Origin: a virus
Lineage: Duplodnaviria > Caudoviricetes
Direction: 5' to 3' (one strand)
Length of the DNA stretch: 64,000 nucleotides
Virus record (IMG/VR): IMGVR_UViG_3300020718_000009
Span: 1 to 64,000 of that record
In this document: positions 59,200 to 64,000 of the stretch, piece after piece
How positions within the stretch are numbered: the first letter of the stretch is position 1
Layout: every line of letters begins with the position of its first letter
The notes under the pieces: model-generated
Databases searched by the model: none
Seen by the model: only the letters and a program-made list of their open reading frames with translations
Told to the model about the DNA's origin: nothing
Position numbers and translations under genes: made by a program

Positions 59200-60299
59200 T
59201 GGGTCAAGCACAATACAATCTTAATACTAAGACTGACTACTTACATCGCAAGATGTTCTTAGATCCAGCGGGCCCAGTTACTATTCAACGTTTCGAAGAA
59301 GTTAAGTATAACAAACTCACAAAGTTTGAACAAGAAGCTCGTGGATTCTTTTGGGTGCCAGAAGAAATCTCTCTTACTAAAGATGCTAACGATTTTAAAG
59401 AAGCGTCAGATACAGTTCGTCATATCTTTACTAGTAACCTGCTTAGACAAACAGCATTAGACAGTATCCAAGGCCGTGGCCCAAGTCAAATTTTTACTCC
59501 AGTATGTTCTATTCCTGAACTAGAAGCATTAATGTATGCTTGGACTTTCTTTGAAACAAATATTCACAGTCGTAGTTACAGTCATATCATTCGTAATATC
59601 TATAATGTACCTAAAGATATTTTTAACACTATTCACGACACACAACAAATTATTGACATGGCAAGTAGCATTGGCCTTTACTATGACAAACTACATATGA
59701 TTAATTGTCGTAAAGAGTTGTTGGAAAAGTTTGACGAACAATTACACATCAATGCTATCTGGTTGGCACTCAACGCAAGTTACGGACTAGAAGCATTTCG
59801 CTTTATGGTATCGTTTGCCACAAGTTTAGCCATGGTAGAGAATCGTATCTTTATTGGCAACGGTAATATTATTAGTCTGATCCTTCAAGATGAAATCCTA
59901 CACAAGGATTGGACCGCTTGGTTAATCAATCAAGTGGTCAAAGAAGATCCACGCTTTGCTCGCGCCAAGATAGAATGTGAAGCGGAAGTCTATCAAATGT
60001 ATTTAGATGTCATACGCGAAGAAAAACAATGGGCTGATTATTTGTTTAATCGAGGACCGGTTATCGGTCTAAACGCAAACATTCTTAAAGAGTTTGTTGA
60101 CTACACAGCCGCCGGTGCATTAAAAGAGATTGGTATTAAATATCAAACTCCGGCGCCAAAAACAACACCCATTCCTTGGTTTAACAAACATGTGAATGTT
60201 AGTAATAAACAGACGGCACTACAAGAATCGGAATCAACAAACTATGTCATCGGAGTAATGGGCGACACCTTAGACTACGATGCATTACCGAACTTATAA
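59199..60299 (+). CDS. nrdB: Ribonucleotide reductase beta subunit
   Basis: FFW.PEE, LDS.QG, E..HSRSY, LE..RF..SF, DE.LH. Confidence 0.95.
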   Translation: MGQAQYNLNTKTDYLHRKMFLDPAGPVTIQRFEEVKYNKLTKFEQEARGFFWVPEEISLTKDANDFKEASDTVRHIFTSNLLRQTALDSIQGRGPSQIFTPVCSIPELEALMYAWTFFETNIHSRSYSHIIRNIYNVPKDIFNTIHDTQQIIDMASSIGLYYDKLHMINCRKELLEKFDEQLHINAIWLALNASYGLEAFRFMVSFATSLAMVENRIFIGNGNIISLILQDEILHKDWTAWLINQVVKEDPRFARAKIECEAEVYQMYLDVIREEKQWADYLFNRGPVIGLNANILKEFVDYTAAGALKEIGIKYQTPAPKTTPIPWFNKHVNVSNKQTALQESESTNYVIGVMGDTLDYDALPNL

Positions 60300-60318
60300 T
60301 AATAAGGAGAATAATAAT

Positions 60319-60543
60319 ATGAAAGCAATAGTATGGTCAAAAAACTCGTGTACTTTTTGTTTACAAGCAAAAAGTCTATTATCGGCTAAAGGTATTGAAT
60401 TTGAAGAACGTAACATACAAAAAGATTGGACTCGAGAACAGTTATTGGAAGCAATACCTACTGCAAAAACTTTACCCCAGATCTTCTTAGACGATAACTA
60501 TATTGGCGGGTTTACAGAACTTCGCAAACATTTTCAAGGATAA
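60319..60543 (+). CDS. Glutaredoxin
   Basis: CTFC, TLPQIF, IGGF; AAGGAG SD. Confidence 0.92.
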   Translation: MKAIVWSKNSCTFCLQAKSLLSAKGIEFEERNIQKDWTREQLLEAIPTAKTLPQIFLDDNYIGGFTELRKHFQG

Positions 60544-60544
60544 T

Positions 60545-60847
60545 ATGAAACTAGAAACAGGTAAAGTATATACATTAAAACTACACAACGCCGATGAAGT
60601 TGTTGCCAAAATTATTGAAGATAACGAGGATAATATTGTAGTTACACAACCATTATCAGCGGTCCCTACTGAAAAAGGTGTACAGTTAATTTTTACAGTA
60701 TTTACAGCAGACCCCAAGGAAAACATCACTATAAATAAGTCAGCAATCACAATGATTTGTAGTACTGCTGAACAAGTTAGTGATCATTACTTAGAAGCAA
60801 CTACAGGAATTAAGGCAATTAGAAATAATAAAATATTAATGGGGTAG
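60545..60847 (+). CDS. Small Sm/LSm-like beta protein
   Basis: TLKL...EVVAK pattern, YLE.TTGI tail. Confidence 0.5.
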   Translation: MKLETGKVYTLKLHNADEVVAKIIEDNEDNIVVTQPLSAVPTEKGVQLIFTVFTADPKENITINKSAITMICSTAEQVSDHYLEATTGIKAIRNNKILMG

Positions 60848-60848
60848 T

Positions 60849-61121
60849 ATGGGAAGACAAATAGTCAGAGTTGGAGATGTAAATAGTGCCGGCGGAGCAG
60901 TAATATCTGGAACACAAACAGTTACCATGAATGGTCTAGCCATAGCACTCGACGGTTCTCCAGTTACTTGTCATACTCCTAACAAAGGAGAGCATGTTCA
61001 TGCTCATTGTGTGGCCTCTGAATACAGTATTAAAATTGAAGGCAAAAGAGTAATTTATGTCGGAGATGTTGACAGCTGCGGACACGTTCGCATTCAAGGA
61101 AGTCCAACCATAGGTTCTTAA
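60849..61121 (+). CDS. PAAR-like spike tip protein (T4 gp5.4-like)
   Basis: RVGD, V..NG, CH, GD..SCGH....GS. Confidence 0.8.
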   Translation: MGRQIVRVGDVNSAGGAVISGTQTVTMNGLAIALDGSPVTCHTPNKGEHVHAHCVASEYSIKIEGKRVIYVGDVDSCGHVRIQGSPTIGS

Positions 61122-61122
61122 A

Positions 61123-61599
61123 ATGGCAAGTACACCAAGTTTATATACCCCCTTACAAATTAATGTTGTTTCCAGTTTATTGCAAAATCAAGGATTAGCA
61201 GCAAATTCTGTTTTTACGGCTGCGGTTAATTCATACACTTCATCCTTAATTGCTCCACTTATACAAACTGTAGCTATAGTTGGTTCTGGTGGATCAGTTC
61301 AAGCAGGATCTCCTCCCGGAGCATCGCCAGCAATAATGACGCCTGAAATTGCGAGCCAGCTATTGACATTGGGTGCTACCACTTGTCCAGCATTAGGCGA
61401 TAGTATCCCCGCCGCCAATGCCGCCAGTTGGCCATCTGAATTAATGTCTACTTTGATTGGCACTACTGCTAATTCATACATAGGTAACGGGGATTTAAGT
61501 AAATTTTGTCAGGCAGTGTCGTCAGCACAAGCCTATGCCAGCATAACAAATCAAACTATTAATACCGCTCTTAATAGTCAAACATATTTAGGACAATAA
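61123..61599 (+). CDS. Putative baseplate/tail-associated protein, part 1
   Basis: TPLQ, CPALGDSIP motifs; follows PAAR. Confidence 0.55.
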   Translation: MASTPSLYTPLQINVVSSLLQNQGLAANSVFTAAVNSYTSSLIAPLIQTVAIVGSGGSVQAGSPPGASPAIMTPEIASQLLTLGATTCPALGDSIPAANAASWPSELMSTLIGTTANSYIGNGDLSKFCQAVSSAQAYASITNQTINTALNSQTYLGQ

Positions 61600-61601
61600 T
61601 A

Positions 61602-62153
61602 ATGACTAGCACTTTTACTAATATGAATGATATGGTAAGCGGCGGAATTACCGGCGTTAATATTTGTACAACACAATGGGGCGAAGATTTAAAAAATCTT
61701 GGATCATTAATCAATTTAGCTAATCTTGGCAGTTTAGGTACACCGTTAGCATTAATACAACAACTTGCATCTGTTGGTGGAATTATTTCAGAAATTTCAT
61801 TGGCATTTGACACTGCCGGGGTTTTTCCTGACACTATTATCAAATTAAGTAATTCAAATAATTCAAATGTTACAGTAACTACAGCCGAACAAGCTGCTAT
61901 GTATCAAGCCATGACAACAATTACAGGAACAACCCTTGCACAAATATTACAATTACTAGGTGTTACAACAGCCAATATTAATACTATGGCTGATTTGCTC
62001 AACCCGTACAAAATATTTCCTAACAGTTTTCAAACATTAACTGTAACCGGAGTTAATGGTGTAAGTCAAAATATTTATCTTAATTCTAACGGAACTGTAA
62101 ACGCTACAATAAAAAATACTTTACCTAAAATATCATTGAGTTCCTTAACATGA
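61602..62153 (+). CDS. Putative baseplate/tail-associated protein, part 2
   Basis: DL..LG.LI, MADLLNP.K.FP.SF. Confidence 0.55.
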   Translation: MTSTFTNMNDMVSGGITGVNICTTQWGEDLKNLGSLINLANLGSLGTPLALIQQLASVGGIISEISLAFDTAGVFPDTIIKLSNSNNSNVTVTTAEQAAMYQAMTTITGTTLAQILQLLGVTTANINTMADLLNPYKIFPNSFQTLTVTGVNGVSQNIYLNSNGTVNATIKNTLPKISLSSLT

Positions 62154-63394
62154 CATCAGTTTTTGTAACAACTCCTTTGGACCAATTAACTCAGATGATA
62201 CCGCCAGATCAAGCTCTGGCTAATAAAGCATTGGCGGTATCAATGTTACAAATAACTAATATCAGTACTTTATCATTACCTGTGTTTGCAGCCGCAGTGG
62301 CAAATGTACAAACAATGTATGGGTTATCTTTAGTTAATGCTCAAACATCGGCGGTAAATCCAGCAACTGTAAATAATCTTGTGGCTAGCGCAGGAAGTGG
62401 AACTGGTGCTAATGGTACCGTATATATAAACAATCTTTTAGGCACAGTTGCTGGTACTGTGGTGGCTAATGCTTTATCAAATACAGTAACTATAATTAAT
62501 TCGTTATCAACTGCCGGATTAACACAAGTATATCAAGATATGTTGAATACTGTTACTGGGGCTTATGGCAACCCTATTGCTGGGCCCATTGTAATTCCAA
62601 GCGGACCAGCAGCTGGCACATATCCAGCGGCTAGAGCTGCTAGTTTAGCATTCGGGACAGCCGCATCGGGCACTACAGCCGCTACAGGCAGAATAATATT
62701 TTTAGCCAACACGGTAACTACACAAGGTATCCTTCCAGGAGCATTGGTAACATTTAATACTAATCTTCCGGCTAATGTTCAAACTACGCAATCAGTACTA
62801 AGTCTTGACACATCAAACCCATCACTGATAGGTTTAGTGTTTAGCCCTAACTTAAATAAAACTCCGGGATTTCCTATTAAGATTACAAATGTACCAGCTA
62901 CGAGTATTCTTTTGGCCACAGCAGCATCTGTGGCATTTAGTGGAGAAAACGTTTCACAAAGCTCTACGTCACCGTCAGGACCAGGATTGATTCCGGCCGC
63001 ACAAACTGCTATTGCCAGCTTAGTAAATACCAATTTAAATTCCAATTGGGCAAACATTATGACAGAGTTAACTTTAGAACAAACCAATCAAAAAAAAGCT
63101 GGTTTAGATTTTACACAGTTACAAAGCAATAATACTCCTGCGATTTACGGATTTGTTTCATCATTGCCACAGTATGGACAAGATACTGCCGTAGGTGGTA
63201 TGAATCAATTTATTCAATCACTGGTGACTAACAATTTAGGTGGGCAATCTATTACCGCTGTAATGCGACAAGGACAAACAAATTTAGGAAGCACTGGTAT
63301 TGCATCCGATGCGCAGATTCCGGTAGCGCCAAGCACACCTCCTCCGACAGCAACAAACGTACCTCCCGCAGAATATCCTTACCCACAAGTTTAA
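62150..63394 (+). CDS. Putative baseplate/tail-associated protein, part 3
   Basis: IPPDQALANKAL, LP.YG.DT, GGQSI...MRQG. Confidence 0.55.
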   Translation: MTSVFVTTPLDQLTQMIPPDQALANKALAVSMLQITNISTLSLPVFAAAVANVQTMYGLSLVNAQTSAVNPATVNNLVASAGSGTGANGTVYINNLLGTVAGTVVANALSNTVTIINSLSTAGLTQVYQDMLNTVTGAYGNPIAGPIVIPSGPAAGTYPAARAASLAFGTAASGTTAATGRIIFLANTVTTQGILPGALVTFNTNLPANVQTTQSVLSLDTSNPSLIGLVFSPNLNKTPGFPIKITNVPATSILLATAASVAFSGENVSQSSTSPSGPGLIPAAQTAIASLVNTNLNSNWANIMTELTLEQTNQKKAGLDFTQLQSNNTPAIYGFVSSLPQYGQDTAVGGMNQFIQSLVTNNLGGQSITAVMRQGQTNLGSTGIASDAQIPVAPSTPPPTATNVPPAEYPYPQV

Positions 63395-63434
63395 CTTTCC
63401 CACTAAAATAACTTCGTTGTTTTAAAACAACATT

Positions 63435-63464
63435 AAAGCTCTAATAATCAATAGAGCTTTTTTT
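63435..63464 (+). terminator. Rho-independent terminator
   Basis: AAAGCTCTA-loop-TAGAGCTTT then T run. Confidence 0.8.
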
Positions 63465-63524
63465 GGTTGACGATAAATTCCAAATGCCATACAATAGCAT
63501 TATTGTAACTATTTTAGGGTAGTA

Positions 63525-64000
63525 ATGAATAATCGCATTTTATCAATTATAGCATTTATTTTTCTTGCTATTATATTAATTCGATCAGAAATGCGTATGG
63601 ACCGCATCGAAGAAAAATTAGATGACATTGTTCAAACTAAAGAAACTATCAAATATACACCAAAGGATGTTGAGTGTCTAACTAAAAATATCTACTACGA
63701 AGCAGGTATAGAAGACCGTATTGGAAAATACGCAGTTGCTAATATCACTATTAATCGTATAAAATCTGGGTACTGGGGTAAAGATGTTTGTAGAGTAGTG
63801 TATGCCAAAAAACAATTTTCGTGGACGTTAAAAAAACAATTGCCAAAACCTAATCAAAAATTATGGCAAGAATCTCAAAACATTGCCCTTGACGTATTAT
63901 CTGGAGCAAGAGTTAGAGGCTTGGCACGCAGCCTATATTATCATGCCAATTATATACGCCAACCTTATTGGGTTGATACTACTGAACACGTCTTAACTAT
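63525..64000 (+). CDS. SleB/Hydrolase_2 cell-wall hydrolase with N-terminal TM helix, 3'-truncated by window edge
   Basis: Hand translation: CLTKNIYYEA, AVA..T.NR, VC.VVY...QFSW, YYHA.Y..P.W; promoter TTGACG-17-TACAAT at 63467. Confidence 0.9.
   Translation, partial: MNNRILSIIAFIFLAIILIRSEMRMDRIEEKLDDIVQTKETIKYTPKDVECLTKNIYYEAGIEDRIGKYAVANITINRIKSGYWGKDVCRVVYAKKQFSWTLKKQLPKPNQKLWQESQNIALDVLSGARVRGLARSLYYHANYIRQPYWVDTTEHVLT

Noticed and set aside
60849-61121. PAAR, sheath and tube as a T6SS or extracellular contractile injection system
   Set aside because: Terminase, neck and replication genes show an ordinary myovirus context
1-64000. CRISPR arrays, tRNA or rRNA genes
   Set aside because: Intergenic gaps are short and no spaced direct repeats or cloverleafs were seen by eye; tRNAscan/Infernal not run
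1-64000. Alternative genetic code (stop-codon reassignment)
   Set aside because: Core genes are full length in the standard code and TAA, TAG and TGA all terminate genes

Overview
This window is part of an AT-rich, large T4-like (myovirus) phage genome. Morphogenesis genes include tail fibre, gp13/14/15 neck, sheath, tube, gp4, large terminase, PAAR and many putative head-core proteins. Replication and recombination genes include gp32, UvsX/Y/W, gp61 primase, gp41 helicase, a gp62-like protein and a mini-DnaE. Nucleotide metabolism and auxiliary genes include NrdAB, glutaredoxin, dNMP kinase, NUDIX, isocitrate lyase, IscA and a secreted nuclease, and there are at least six free-standing homing-type endonucleases. 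Main observations: (1) uvsW is fractured inside its DExH box by a naturally split intein with a free-standing endonuclease between the halves. (2) There is an apparent capsid-cargo system of T4-CTS-like N-terminal tags, a recurring RIKxLAG tag and Glu-delimited modular polyproteins carrying glycine-zipper, LysM and peptidoglycan-binding modules. (3) Both sigma70-type and TAAATA late promoters very often sit 4-9 nt before an SD-less ATG, implying widespread leaderless mRNAs. (4) A 192-aa protein retains all DnaE catalytic motifs. (5) aceA is inserted between nrdA and nrdB. (6) An iscU start appears fused to a Vsr-like endonuclease. All assignments come from motif recognition by eye; no searches were run. 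No tRNA, rRNA or CRISPR array was seen.
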